Below the pieces are notes generated by a model, which ran no database searches, had not been told where the DNA came from, and saw nothing but the letters and a program-made list of their open reading frames with translations. A DNA stretch of 64,000 nucleotides from Felis catus. Lineage: Eukaryota. Positions 37,571-50,280 of this stretch are shown piece after piece (within the stretch, counting starts at the first letter, position 1; every line of letters starts with the position of its first letter). Both the position numbers and the translations under genes were made by a program. The stretch spans positions 193,876,001-193,940,000 of the forward strand of contig NC_058368.1 of NCBI RefSeq assembly GCF_018350175.1, given 5' to 3'.

Positions 37571-40169
37571 AGAACATCCTAACTCTAGGCCATGCTTCCG
37601 TCTTCTCTCTCTGCACATCCAGGAGGATAGACTTGGCTGTGTCAAAATCACAGTGTGAGTTGCAGTTTTGGAGCTCTTGCTTCTAGAACTCAGTCCACTC
37701 TCTTCTTCTTACAGTTGTATGTGTGTGTTTGCCTGTTTGTTTTAGGAACCTTGATTCATTCATCTCCCCTTTCTAACAGGTAATATTTATGGAGTCCTCA
37801 CTATCTAGTGGGCCCATTACATAGGTTATCTCATTCAATCTCCACTTCTACCCTGAGACCTGGGTACTAGGATTCTCCTCATTTTACAGGTGCAAGCCAC
37901 ACAGCTCAGATTCAAACCTGCGTCAAACTCTAAAGCCTATTTTAATATCTGATGTACCATACATATGAAATAAAATGATTCTACAAGTAAACACCCAAAT
38001 CTATTAGGTCTTTTCATAAATGTCTCCATCTCTACTGCCTAAATAAATAATCATATTAGTAAATGCAGCACAAAAGTTTGTTTTCATAGGGAGGGGAAAA
38101 GGACTTGTCTCTTCTACATTCTCCTATGTCCCCAACCCCCCTCCACCTTGGGCTGCCTACTGCTAAATGGTATTTAAATAGCAATTTAACCACCCACAGA
38201 GAGACCTTGGTTTACAAATTTTCTTAGTGCACATCAGTGCTGTTACTCTTTGCCTGGTTTTGGAGGTTTGGTTTAGTTTGTGCTTAAAATAATAAACGGA
38301 TACAATTTGTAAGCATAACACAAGTGACTAAATTTGAAAAGGAAAGTGTGTTTATATACATATTTTCCTTTCAGTCTGTTTCTGTAGAGATTAAAAAATA
38401 TCTGGCACCTGAAGCTGCAGTTGTAGCAAAGGAACCTCTTAAAATATATAGAATCACAGAATGTTATAGCTGGAAGGGACACTGTCTGGGAGTTGGTGAC
38501 AGAGAACACAGGTGTCATTCTATCTGTGATCACGTAACAAGGGAGCGGCTGTGTGGTCGGTTATGAATCACAGTTTATTCAGTAAGGGTGGGGAGAGCTT
38601 ACTTTCTCAGCCTAATTTGCCTTCATTTGTAAAATGTGGGCACTAATAGTGATTACCCCAGAGGGTAGTTGTTGCATACTTTGTACATACATTGTTTTAT
38701 CATTGTGCCTGACCCATATGTGCTCAAGAAATGCCAGCTGTCCTCCTCTTTTTTCCTCCTTTCTCTCTTCTGCATTATCATTGTCTTCAATGACAGATTT
38801 TTTAAGCCTTCTGGGTTTGTGTACTGTTTGTGTACTGTTCTATTTTCAATGCTGGATAATTGTAATTTTTATCTGGAAAATAAATGATTATTTCTTGTTT
38901 TGTTGTTGTTGTTGTTGTTGTTGGGTGTTTTTAGGTTTCAGTAGATGTCCTTTGCCCCTTCATTCCCAAACAAAACTTTATTCTGATATCTTCATGAATC
39001 CAGACCATTCTTTTCTCCCACCATTCCCACAGTTCTTTGAGTTTGGAAATATTTACTGGAGGTCAATCACTGCCCTTGATGTTTATGTACACATCATTGC
39101 TTCGTTCACCTTATGTAGAGAAGCTACATTAGCATTATCTCCACTCTTGAGTCGAATAAATTCACTGAGGGAAGTTAAGTAACTTGTCAGAAGCTATATG
39201 GCTTGTAAGAGGCAGAGCCATGATTGAAATCTGGGCCATTTTAATTCCAAACACAGTATCTTACTCACTGTGCCCTGATGCCAATAGAGGCCAATAATAC
39301 TTAACCATCTGTCACTCATAACTGTCATGAAGTCGGTTACTTATTTATGATACACATTTTAAAATCATCCATGATTTAGGAGTAAGCTTAAGAGCCAGTA
39401 GAGAAGACCCAGACCCACCATTACTACTTTTCTGCCTTTCTCACCCAGGGCTGTCAATTAGAACTATAGGAAAGCCTATAATTACCTATATAATTTCTAA
39501 TCAGACCCATAGACTGCTCATTCCTACATCTGCCTCTTGTGTGGAGACACTGTTGGACATCAGTTGATGTCAACCCCAAATGTTAAATATACTTCCAGAG
39601 TTGTAGAGCTCCCAAGTTTTTATAATTAATTCTGATGAGCAAGAATTATCGTATCTATGAAGGAAGGTCATGCTTTTTCAGTGTGAGTATCTCCTGTGAT
39701 TCTACTTGATGAGGTAAATTATCCCTTTGGACAGCTAGTTTCTGTTCATTTAAAAAAATACTATTGCATTCCTTAGTAATCCATTACATCTTTGTCACCC
39801 ATGAATTTATTTCATAAGACTTAAATTTTATTATCTTTACATCTTGCTTCTGATGTATTATCTACCGACAACAAGGGCATCATTTTTGCCTATTAAACTT
39901 TTACTCATCATTCAGATTTCATTTCAAAAGCTATCTCTCAGGCTCAAAGTCTTTCCTGATCCTTTCATCTGACCCTGTCCCTCTACCCCTTCCCCACCAC
40001 AGACAGACAATAACTGGAAGTGTCTGTACCTGCCCTTGAACTTCCATAACATTTGAACTTTCTCCATCTTGTGACAATTGACATTGCATACTTGGTTCAA
40101 TAAAATTTTTTGTTCATATCTTCATTCTCTAGAGTCTGAGCTTTAGCAAGGTAGAGATTATTATATAAT

Positions 40170-40720
40170 TAGTATGCTTTGAGTTTGGAAAAATACCAGA
40201 ATACTCAACTAAAATTGACCTACGCAGTAAAATATCTCTTTTAACAGAATTTCGGAGTTAACAGAGTTCCAGAACTGCTTAATTTTACTGCCTAATAATT
40301 CTGAGACTGGAATTTTTTTTTTTCTGACTCTGTTGGTTTTCTCCTCGTGAATGCAAGATGGCTGCCACAGCTGCAAACAGCACCTCCTCAGAGGTCAACC
40401 TTTAAGGAGGGAAGGGGAGAAGCAGGTCTTTTCCCTCTACCAGCCTGTTTTTATCTAGAAAGAAAATATTTCCCAGAAGTTCTCCATTAGAATTCCTCTG
40501 TGTCTCATTAGCCCGAGCTGGTTCACATGCTTGCTCCAAATCAGTGCCTGGCAAAGGAGAATGGTATTATCACCATTGGTTTAGATCAATTTAAGTTTAG
40601 ATCAGTCAAAATGTATCCCCTGGGGTTGGGGGAGGGGCCCATCTTTGCTGAGCACACTGCCATCTGCCTGACTGCTGAATAAAATTGGAGTTCTGTTAGC
40701 AATCAGGGAGGAAATGGCTC
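40170..40720 (-). mobile_element. MLT1J/L-like MaLR LTR
   Basis: caagatggctgccacagctgca, tttcccagaag, gtctcattagcccgagctggttcacatg, aaaattggagttctgttag. Confidence 0.75.
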
Positions 40721-41185
40721 TATTAAAGAGAATCAAGCATATTTGAATATATTGAATTTATATTCAGTAGATGAAATAATATTTGCCACAGATTCAACTT
40801 AGCTATCTCTGCATTTTTCACAAGGGCTGGTGAGATCTCAATGAATGCTTATTGGAAATAATAATTAAATTTTTTATCCAACAAATATTCATTAACTACT
40901 CTATGATAAGCACTGTTCTAGGGGTTAGATGTACAATGGTAAGGAAAGTCAGGTGGAATCCCTGTTGTAAGTATAAAAATAATAGCTAAGCTTACTATGT
41001 GGAAAGTAAAGTGCTAAAAATTTTACATGTATCACTTTAATTCTTAATCCATAGGATAGAGTATACTAAAATCACCATATATTTTTTTTTCTATTAAGAA
41101 CATTATGGCAAGTAAAATTGAGAATCTTTACCAAAGTAAAATTCAAGCGAAGTTTCATTTGAATCCTTTTAAATGAAAGGATTTA

Positions 41186-41186
<1 letters not shown>

Positions 41187-41223
<37 letters not shown>
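41187..41223. repeat. (TG)18 microsatellite
   Basis: Direct observation. Confidence 0.98.
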
Positions 41224-41225
<2 letters not shown>

Positions 41226-41383
41226 ATGAGTGTGCTAGACTTACCTTACTTGTTGGAATAGTGAGTTCTCTTACTTTATTCTTATTTGAATAACAACTTT
41301 TATTATGTTCTCCCAGTCTTTCTTCAATTCCTTGAAAGCCTCCTTCATCTTATGTTCAGAATTCAGGGGATGAAACTACTTAC

Positions 41384-41448
41384 CTGTGTGGCATTTTAGA
41401 TGATGATCTGCTCCTCCTATCCTGGCTTCTGAGGAACCCATTTTTAAA
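41384..41448 (-). other. Candidate exon (65 nt) with an ATG in strong Kozak context at 41441
   Basis: Acceptor ttacactctcccag|, consensus donor CAG|gtaagt, AAAATGG start context. Confidence 0.28.
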
Positions 41449-41814
41449 CTGGGAGAGTGTAATACAGTGGTCTGTTCAACTTCTTCTAATTTTGAGTCAC
41501 CTTTTGTTTATATTGACAAACAATACCAGAAAATAAATCACACTGTTTAATGACAGAGCAAGATTTAGACAACAGACATATTTTATTTTCCCGGTATAAT
41601 ATCTTAAAAGTTAAGTTACCTATCCTTAAAAAATGGAGCTGTTTCACATGAAATGTGGATTTCCACCTAGTATTGAAAAATAAGGAGATTGGCGGCACTG
41701 GGGGTGCATGTTGGCAGGGTAACAACTGGCAGAAACTGAGTAGCTGCTGCCTATCTGGGATGGGGCCAAGACTTTGACACAGTAACAAGCACTCTTACTC
41801 ATTTTAGGTGTCTG

Positions 41815-42300
41815 CTCTATTAGCATCTGCTACAGCAAGCACTCCAAAATGTTAGTGACAACATCAAAACTTGAGTTCAACTGGAGCTCTGCCAAGCAGA
41901 GCTGGCTTCAAGGATGTGCAATCTGCACAGCCATATAGGGTCTGACGCTAAGAAAAGTCCCACCTTTGATTGAATGTTCTGTTGCCACTATCTTAAAATT
42001 ATTCATTTGTGAACAAGGGGCCCTAGATTTTCAGTTTTCAATTTATGGGACATAAATTATGTAACCTTTTCTACTGCCAGGTTCTACATGTCTTCTCATG
42101 TACATCTCAGACTGAGGGAGAAACATGCTGTTCTCATGGCAGAGAGCAGGAGGTCGTGGGTCTGGTCTAAGGCCACAGGATATCTCTTAAAGCCTTCACC
42201 AGGAACTGGCACATGACCACTTTTGAGGAGTCAGGCAAATCACATGACTGAGCCCAAAGTCAAAGTTGTGAGAAAGTGTGCTTCACCCCAGGATAGCACC
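41815..42300 (-). mobile_element. Old MLT1 (H/I-like) LTR interrupted by MER91A
   Basis: catgctgttctcatggcaga, ggaactggcaca, gcaaatcacatgactgagcccaaagtcaa. Confidence 0.6.
41897..42073 (+). mobile_element. MER91A-like hAT-Tip100 MITE
   Basis: cagagctggcttca...tgaacaaggggccc...aaattatgta; 8-bp TSD ctgccaag (41889-41896) / ctgccagg (42074-42081). Confidence 0.8.
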
Positions 42301-43263
42301 TACCATACCAGTCTAACTCTACACATGAGTTTGTTACTCTTGAGACAGTGATAAATTCCATTCCTACATATCTGGTATTCTCTCTAGAACCAATGTTCGA
42401 GATTTAGTTGGGTAGAGTGGCCAACTGATAATGTCATGGGATCTGTAAGATAATATCAGATGGCAAGTAATCAGTTTACCAAAAGTTAAGAGTGTAGTCT
42501 TTAAGAAGTATAAAAACAAATATGCTGGCTATACTTTTCCTCACAAATTTTTCCTTGCTCAAATTAAAGACCAATTTGAATCTTACTTGAAATGTGCCTT
42601 GAGTCATTTTACTCTGTTTAAGTATTAATTTGTCTTCATCATGGGTGTAGTTTTTTTCCACTTGGTTTTTCAAGCAGAGATAATAAAATTAAATAAATCA
42701 ATAGACTATTTAGCTTTAATATTGAGATTTTTTTGGTAGAATATTATTGCTCCCTAATTAATTGAGTATTTAATTCTCTGGTGACTTAGAGAAGCTTCAA
42801 TCATGACATATAACCCATCTGCAGTGTCAGAACCTAATTTCAGGCTTCATTATTATGATTGAGATGAGGATTGTGGGTTTATGAATCTTTATAAAAACGT
42901 ATACAGACTTCTAAAATCCTGTGCCTATTACATAGTAATTCTTGCAGAGAATGTCAAGAAATTCCTGAGTTATGGAAAAATCTATAGGTCACACGTAAGA
43001 CACATTTCTGAATCTGAATTGACGTTGCGATTGTCAGTACCTAAGCTCAGCCTTGAGGAATGTGGTTCTAGGCTATGCATCTGATGTACCACTCCTCTTA
43101 TTACAGGGGAGAATGGGTACTGATGGGGCTGGAGCCTGTGCAAAAGTGGCACAATAGTGGTGGTTGTATTGAAAATTTGGTCAGAAATCTGTACGGAACC
43201 ATAATTACAATTTCAATATTCAGTTCTTGATAGTTTGCCTGTAGATGCTTATGAAAACATCTT

Positions 43264-43455
43264 TTTTTAAAATATTTTTTGGGAGAGCACAAGTAGGGGG
43301 AGGGGACAGAGAGAGGGGAACAGAGGATATGAAGCAGGCTCTGTGCTGACAGGCTGACGGCAGCGAGCCTGATGCGGGGCTCGAACTCCGGAACTGGGAG
43401 ATCATGACCGGAGCCAAAGTTGGGCACTCAACCAACTGAGCTACCCAGGTGCCCC
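43264..43455 (-). mobile_element. CanSINE
   Basis: Head acccaggtgcccc; 18-bp TSD tgcttat(g/t)aaaacatctt at 43246-43263 and 43456-43473. Confidence 0.95.
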
Positions 43456-43789
43456 TGCTTATTAAAACATCTTAAGGCAGTATTTGTGAGAATCCTGACC
43501 ACCTTCACTGGTATCATACCCTCAAGTTTTCAAAGGACTGTCATGTGCTCATTACACCAACCAGGTACCCTAGGTAGCCCCAGTATTACTACTGTTGATA
43601 CTTTACATGCAAGGAAATGAAAACTGGTGGTTGTAGAACAGGCAAGGAGCAAAAAAGAAGGGAGATAGATTTTCTGAATCCTCCTCCTTGTTTTGGTTCT
43701 GGTGGGGTCTAAATTATCCCTGGTAGAAACCAGAGAATTGCCTCCATGATGAATCTTTTCTATATCCAGCTCAGCTAGGTATGCAGTTT

Positions 43790-43970
43790 TCAGATTTAGA
43801 AAGACCTGGGTTTAACTCCTAACTCTGCCACTTACTAGTTGGGAGACCTTGGGTAATTTATATAATTTACCTCAGTTTTTCCCATTCTGTGAGATAATAA
43901 TACATACTTTGGGGATTGTTGTGCATATTACAAGAAATAACTCGTGGGAAATATTTAATATGGCCCCAAG
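43790..43970 (+). mobile_element. MIR SINE
   Basis: agacctgggtttaactcctaactctgccacttactagttgggagaccttggg...cctcagtttttcccattctgt. Confidence 0.82.
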
Positions 43971-45474
43971 ACCCTACGAGTCATGGAGTCCTGGAACAGC
44001 CTCCTACAGAATTTTGATCAGGTTGAGAAATAAAAGAAACGATAGAGACAAACTATCATCTTACTTACTGACATAAGCCAGATTGGATCATGTGGCTTTA
44101 GGTCTAATCGCCAAATGAACTTGTAAGCTCAGAATTGGTCCCCAGTCATGGCAGTGCTTGTCTAAGGTAGGCCCCTTCACAGTGGAGCCCCTTGTACCAA
44201 GGATGACAGAAAAAAGCAGAGAAGGAATTGTGTTCTTTAATAAGGGAAAGAAGAGCTGGATGGAATGTTACTAGTTATTCTAGTCAAGTTTTTCAATCAG
44301 AAAAATCTCTCCACTACCCCCAGGGACAAAGTGAATCAACGGAGTGGAGATAAGCCAGTGGTTATACTAATTGGGATTCCGTCCTAAGGAATGAATGTCA
44401 ACAGTGGAGAATTACCACTAACAGAAGTTCTCAATGGCTTAGCTATTACTGGAGTTAAGGTAGGAGATTTAAAAGTATACTGAAACATCCATGACCAAAA
44501 TCTCTCAAGTTACACAAACCCGCAGTCCTCTCTTGGGTGAGCAGCACCCCATGTTGAGGGTGCCTGTTAGATGGAGCTTAGAATAACCTTCGTATCAGGA
44601 AGGGATTACAAGCTAATTGGTGTCCACGACTTCGCCTCTATCCAAGTATAGAGTCCTTTAGAAGCAACAGCTATGCCTTATGTATCTTTCTATCTCCCAC
44701 AGTATGTTGCAGCGTCTTTGCCAATAATTATTACACTGATGGCCCATCTAGATATGTATTTTACAGCTTGCAAAGTACTTTTGTGTTGATCTCTTTTGGT
44801 CTTTTCACCAGTCCTGAAAAGGAGGGAGGGAAGAAGGGAAGAGGCTATTCACCTCATTTCACATCTGAAGATGTTGAGGCTCAGAGCAGCTGTGTGAGTT
44901 GTCCAGTGAATGAAGCAGAGTGCCAAAATTTGATTCTGGAACTGGAATGTAGGCCACTGACTCTTGATGCAGTGTTCTTCCATCAGTATTTTTAATATTG
45001 TCTGAATGAAGCTGATTTCCCTGAAACTAGCTGATCTAACATGTGTCATGCTAGGAGTCCAAGCAATGCTGTTAAGGCAAAGATAAGTTCCTTAGGTGTG
45101 TAGTGTTTGGAGTCTTGCTTCTCTTAGGGTTTCTGCTGATGCCTCTGCCATGTATCATGGGACATTGGTTGTTATGGTGATGGAAGCGGGGGAAGGTGAG
45201 CTGGAGGAGAATTACAAAATGTCTGATGGGATAGAACAAAATGTGGAGATGAATATGATGGTTGTAAGGGAGAAGCCATTATAGAATTAGTGACATCTCT
45301 TTATGGATATGGACACCTGAATTGTCTCTCAGAGATCCAGAAGCCAGTAAAAGAAAGATGAATTTAGCAGTAAGGCTAAATTAAGTTACTTTTTGTCATG
45401 GGCCTCATTAATTAGAACCATATCACTGTATCACCAATCAATATCATACTCTATAACATAGTGAACAAAGACAG

Positions 45475-46225
45475 TATATATAGGCCAAGTAATGCACCCA
45501 CCTCACCCCCTGAACATGTTCACAGTCTAATCCTTGGAACATATGACTATGTGACCTCCCATGGCAAAAGAGACTTTGAAGATGTGATTAAGGTAAAGGT
45601 CTTGAAATGGGGAGATTATTTTAGATTATCTATGTGGGCCCAATGTAGTAATAATTATACAAGTGAAAGGAGGCAAGAGACTCCTAGAAAAATATGTTAT
45701 AATAAAAGTAGAGGTTGAAGTGATACGATTGCTGGCTGGAAGCCATGAGCCAAGGAATGTAGGCTACTTCTAGTAGCCAGAAATGGCAAGAAGACAGATT
45801 CTTCCCTAACATCAACAGAAGAAAAACAGAAGGTATTCAGCACTGCCTTCAACTTGATTTTAGCCTTGAGAGACACATGTTAGAATTCTTTTATTTTTTT
45901 TTTAAATTTTTAACGTTTATTTTTGAGAGAGAGACAGAGAGAGAGAGAGAGCGTGCATGAGCAGGGGGAGGGACAGAGAGAGAAGGAGACACAGAATCTG
46001 AAACAGGCTCCAGGCTCTGAGCTGTCAGCATGGAGCCTGATGTAGGGCTCGATCCCATGAACCATGAGATCATGACCTGAGTCAAAGTCAGATGCTTAAC
46101 TGAGCGAGTGAGCCACCCAGGTGCCCCTAGAATTCTGACCTCTAGAACTATAAGATAAATTTGTGTTGTTTTATGCTGCTAAGTGTTCAGTGATTTTTTT
46201 ATGGCAGCAATATAAAACTAACACA
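45475..46225 (+). mobile_element. MLT1D solo LTR, interrupted by a CanSINE
   Basis: catggcaaaagagactttgaagatgtgattaag...ggagattattttagattatc...gggcccaatgta; 3' end ataaatttgtgttgttt...gcagcaatataaaactaacaca. Confidence 0.9.
45890..46127 (-). mobile_element. CanSINE (SINEC_Fc-type)
   Basis: Full body; TSD tagaattct at 45881-45889 and 46128-46136. Confidence 0.96.
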
Positions 46226-46464
46226 GATGGAGTGTGGTTAAATTTTGGTTCCTGCGTTTAGTTGCCTTGTACTTTGGGCAACGTACCAATTAACTAATAT
46301 TTATATATTTATAGTGGGATGATAATAGTCCTTTTTGTTGGATTGCTGGGAGGATTAAATGAGATAGTAGATGGAAGATGTTTGTACAGGGTGTCACTAC
46401 TAAGGGCCAGATTCATGGTTGTTTAAATACCAGTAAACATCTGTTTTTAAAGTTCATTTATTTA

Positions 46465-46681
46465 GGGGCACCTGGGTGGCTCAGTACATTGAGCGTCCAA
46501 CTTTGCTCAGGTCATGATCTTACAGTTCATGAATTTAAGCCTCATGTCAGGCTCTGTGCTGACAGCTCAGAGCCTGGAGCCTGCTCTGGATTCTGTGTCT
46601 CCCTCTCTCTGCCCCTTCCCCAGCTTACACTCTCTCTGTCTCTGTCTCTCTCAAACATAAATAAACATTAAATTTTTTTTG
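46465..46681 (+). mobile_element. CanSINE inserted into the tail of an older minus-strand CanSINE
   Basis: TSD aagtt(c/t)atttattta at 46450-46464 and 46682-46696. Confidence 0.95.
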
Positions 46682-46855
46682 AAGTTTATTTATTTATTTT
46701 GATTGGGTACGGAGGGGCAGAGATATAATCCCAAGCAGGCTTCATGCTCTCAGCCCAAGGCCAGATGTGGGGCTCAAGCTTCTGAACTGTGAGCTCATGA
46801 CCTGAGCCAGAATCAAGAGTTGGACACTTAATGAACTGAGCCACCCAGGGACCCC
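46682..46855 (-). mobile_element. Older CanSINE (tail split by the nested SINE)
   Basis: aatcccaagcaggct...catgacctgagccagaatcaagagttggacactta...gagccacccagggacccc. Confidence 0.92.
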
Positions 46856-48484
46856 TTTTTTGTTTTTTTAAATAATATTATACCAGCCTCAAAATAAAAG
46901 AAGTTGCACATCTAAAACTTGCAGCAGATCTATATATACCACAGTCTAGTTCAGAAAAATAATTGTCTGCTTAGCAGATTTTACTTTTCCTATACACAAA
47001 CAGATGAGTACCTGGATCTGTTTCACCTCGAGAATGGGCAGCAGGTTTTAGATACTATTATAAGTTACTTAAGAGAATGCAGGGAGAGGCTCAGAAATAT
47101 GGTCAGGACTAACCATAGGCTTGCGTCAAAATGGTCAAACTTTTCCAACAGAAACTACATTTTGGAAAAACCCTTAACTTATAAACATGATATAAGAAAA
47201 TGTTAGTACTTTACTTGGAACACTACCCCTTCGTCCCTTCAACTAGGGGCCAATTCCTGCACATCTCCCAGGCCATAGCTCCTAATCCTTCCCGGAAAGG
47301 ACAGTTTCCTGTCCTGTTTCCTATCTCCCCACCTTCTTTATTCTCCTACCCCTTTGTGGGCTATTTGGCCTGTTCTCCCCTCTCAGAACATCCTGGAGCT
47401 AGTAACAGTACCACTTTGTAACTGTCCATTTTGCTTTGTGTCTTTCCCTCTGTCTTTAAATTCCACAAAAGAAGGGGCTGCACCCTCCTCGTTCACTGTG
47501 ATCCCCATCTCTTAGCACAGTCTTCAATATATATTTGAGGAAAGGAGGGAAGGCAGGCCCTAGTGTGAATGCTATCCTGGATATTACAAGCCTTGGGAAT
47601 GGGTCCGCTCCTTAAACCCCTGTTTCCTAATCTGTAAACTACAATGCATTTTCTACCAATTTCCCAGGAATGTTGTGAGGTTCAAGGAAGGGAAAGCAGA
47701 TCCGAGAAGGCGTGGTGGGTTATGTAAGCACCATGACTTTACCTCAGATCCACACCTTGGCCACATTTCATCCTCTGGATACTTACTGGGCCACTCCTAC
47801 ATGGAGCTCTGCATTAGACCTTGAGGCTACAGTGTGAACAGAACGGTCTTTGTTCTCATAATGTATAAAAGTCTAGCTGCTAGTTCAATAATAGCACAGC
47901 AAAAATTACCTCCTTTATTGAGGTAAAAAGGATCCTCTTTTCACCATTCAAGAAGAAAACACTTCCAAAGAATATGCGCCAGCCTGTGTGAGGAGTCAGG
48001 AAGTGAAAGCATTTTTACCCTACAGAAGTCCAAGCCCAATACAAATATGTATGCAAATAGCACACAGGTAAGGCCACCTGTGATCCCATCTTTACCATTG
48101 ATCCCACCATTGCTTATGAGAGGCTGAGGGGATGGGAAGACAGTGGGATATTACTTTCTAGAAGGAGATGGAAACTGAGTTGAGTAGAGCTCTCTAAGTA
48201 ATTCAATTATCTTGATGAATTGAGCACTTTTGTATGCAAAGTAGATGACAATCTGTGTAGTTGCATGTCTGGAGGTTGAAAAGGAGGAAATGATTACTAA
48301 GAAACCAAAAGCCTGGTGACATGATGTGGAATGTTTCAATTAGATAGTAAAGAAGGGAAAATGGGAAATAAAGCTATAACATATATTGGGTCCATGTGTT
48401 AGAGCTTCTGCAAATACTTGCTTAGGTGGAGGCTTGGTATTTATGATAGAGAGCCATCACAGGTTTGTGGATGGGTCTTGCCAT

Positions 48485-48501
48485 TACGCGTGTGCATGCG
48501 T

Positions 48502-48537
<36 letters not shown>

Positions 48538-48542
48538 GCACA
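48485..48542. repeat. Compound (CA)n / alternating purine-pyrimidine tract
   Basis: Direct observation. Confidence 0.95.
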
Positions 48543-48809
48543 GAATTAGGGAATACAGGGAGATAATGGTTTGTTGCTTCTAACCAGTTAGTGGCTCCGG
48601 TTGTGGACCTATCACCATCTTCCTGCATGATTAGAAGGTGGAAAACTCCCACTGGATTCCATTTTTTTATCCACACATTGGGATTTGTATCCGTGGGTAA
48701 GCATGTTTCTTTTTGCTGGTAGAGTGTCATTTTTGCTGTAGGTCACATTAAGTTGCAATATTTCAAATAATTTTCTCTTCCCTCCTTTCCTTCCCCCCAT
48801 CTTTCCTTC

Positions 48810-49310
48810 CTTGAGGTGTAATTGGCATACAATAAACTGCACATATTTAAAGGTACACTTGAGTTTTGATATACATATACCTATAAAACTTTCATCAAAT
48901 CGAGATAATTAACATATCCATCACCTCCAAAAGTTTCCTCCTGGCCCTTTACAATCTCTCCTTCCTTTTATTCCCTACTCCCTAACAACAGGCAATAACT
49001 GCTGAACTGCTTTCTGTTGCTATAGATTAGTACATATTTTATGGAATCTAAAATCAATGAAATCATACACTATGCACATTTTTTACCTGGTTTCTTTCAC
49101 TCCACACTACCTTCAGGATTATCTGCTGCATGTATTAATTTCTTCCTTTCATTGCTTAGTGGTGTTCTATGGTATGGATATACTATAATTTGTTTATACA
49201 TCTGCCTTTGATATTTGAGTTGCTTTCAATTTTTGGCAGTTACAAGTCAGCGGCTGTGAATATTTGTGTATGTGATTGTGTGGCCATAGGCTTTATTTTC
49301 TCTTGGTCTT
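48810..49310 (-). mobile_element. L1MB-like LINE-1 3' end
   Basis: ttgaggtgtaattggcatacaataaactgcacatatttaaag...aacatatccatcacctccaaaagtttcctc. Confidence 0.88.
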
Positions 49311-49689
49311 CTCATTTTTCTGCCCTCCCTGTAGATTTAGACTAACCTAAGGGGGCAGCCTCAGGTAGAGGTTAAGTACCAAAAGGATACACAGGGTATT
49401 TGATTCTGTGGTTCCATACATTTTCCTTCATGAGAAATTGAATAATAGGAAGAGGCCATCAGGAGCTTGCCTAGAGGTTGTGGCCATTTTAAATAACAAA
49501 ACATAATGTAACGATACATAAAGATTGCAATACATGGGCCTAAAAAGGAAAAATGAGAAAGAACTTGCTAAATGTTTGAACTATTTAAGACTGGATTGGG
49601 ATTTCATTAGAGCAAATGAGCTTCAAGTTAGGAAAGGCATGCAGGAATAACCTGGGCAAACACTCATAGGGGATATTTATCTCTAGTTC

Positions 49690-50280
49690 ATTTCCGGCCA
49701 TAAGTAGGTATTGAATGTGTGCTGTGTGCCAGATACTAGGGCTATAATGACAGATAAATCACAACAAACTTACAGCCTCACAGGGGAGACTGGCAAGTAA
49801 GAAGACAATTGCAGTACGGTATAAAAAGCATTTGTAATCAGTGTGTGCAAAGAGTGTTCTCAGGGACACCTGGCCCAGAGAGAGGGATAGAGCAGTCAGC
49901 AGAGGCTTTCAGGAGGAGTTGCTTCCACTATCAATGAGGGAAAGCCAGGTGGAGAACCACAGAGAGAAAGAAGGTACAGACAATGAAAGTAACATGTGCA
50001 AAGGTCTGGAGTTCCATGAAAGCATGAAATGGTGGAGAAATGCAGGTTCCGAGTGCTGGGAACATGATAGGAGATGGGTAGCATGCCAGGGGTTAACATA
50101 CTAAGAGTCGATGTGTCCTTCTAAGAAGTTTGTCAGTGGGCATCTGTAGAAAGGGCTGTAGGTGGATCCTGAAGGACATTGGTTTTAGAAAAGCAAATCC
50201 ACCAGGGTGTAGAGAGCACACACAGGAGGAGAGACCCTGAGCAAGAGTCAGCAGGGAAGACAGAACTTAGGGTAGTAGGA
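49690..50280 (-). mobile_element. L2 3' fragment
   Basis: tattgaatgtgtgctgtgtgccagatactagg, aacatgtgcaaaggtctggag. Confidence 0.7.

Noticed and set aside
38634..39182. 182-aa hydrophobic, Cys-rich ORF
   Set aside because: Starts in a MIR, and poly-Cys comes from a (TTG)n microsatellite.
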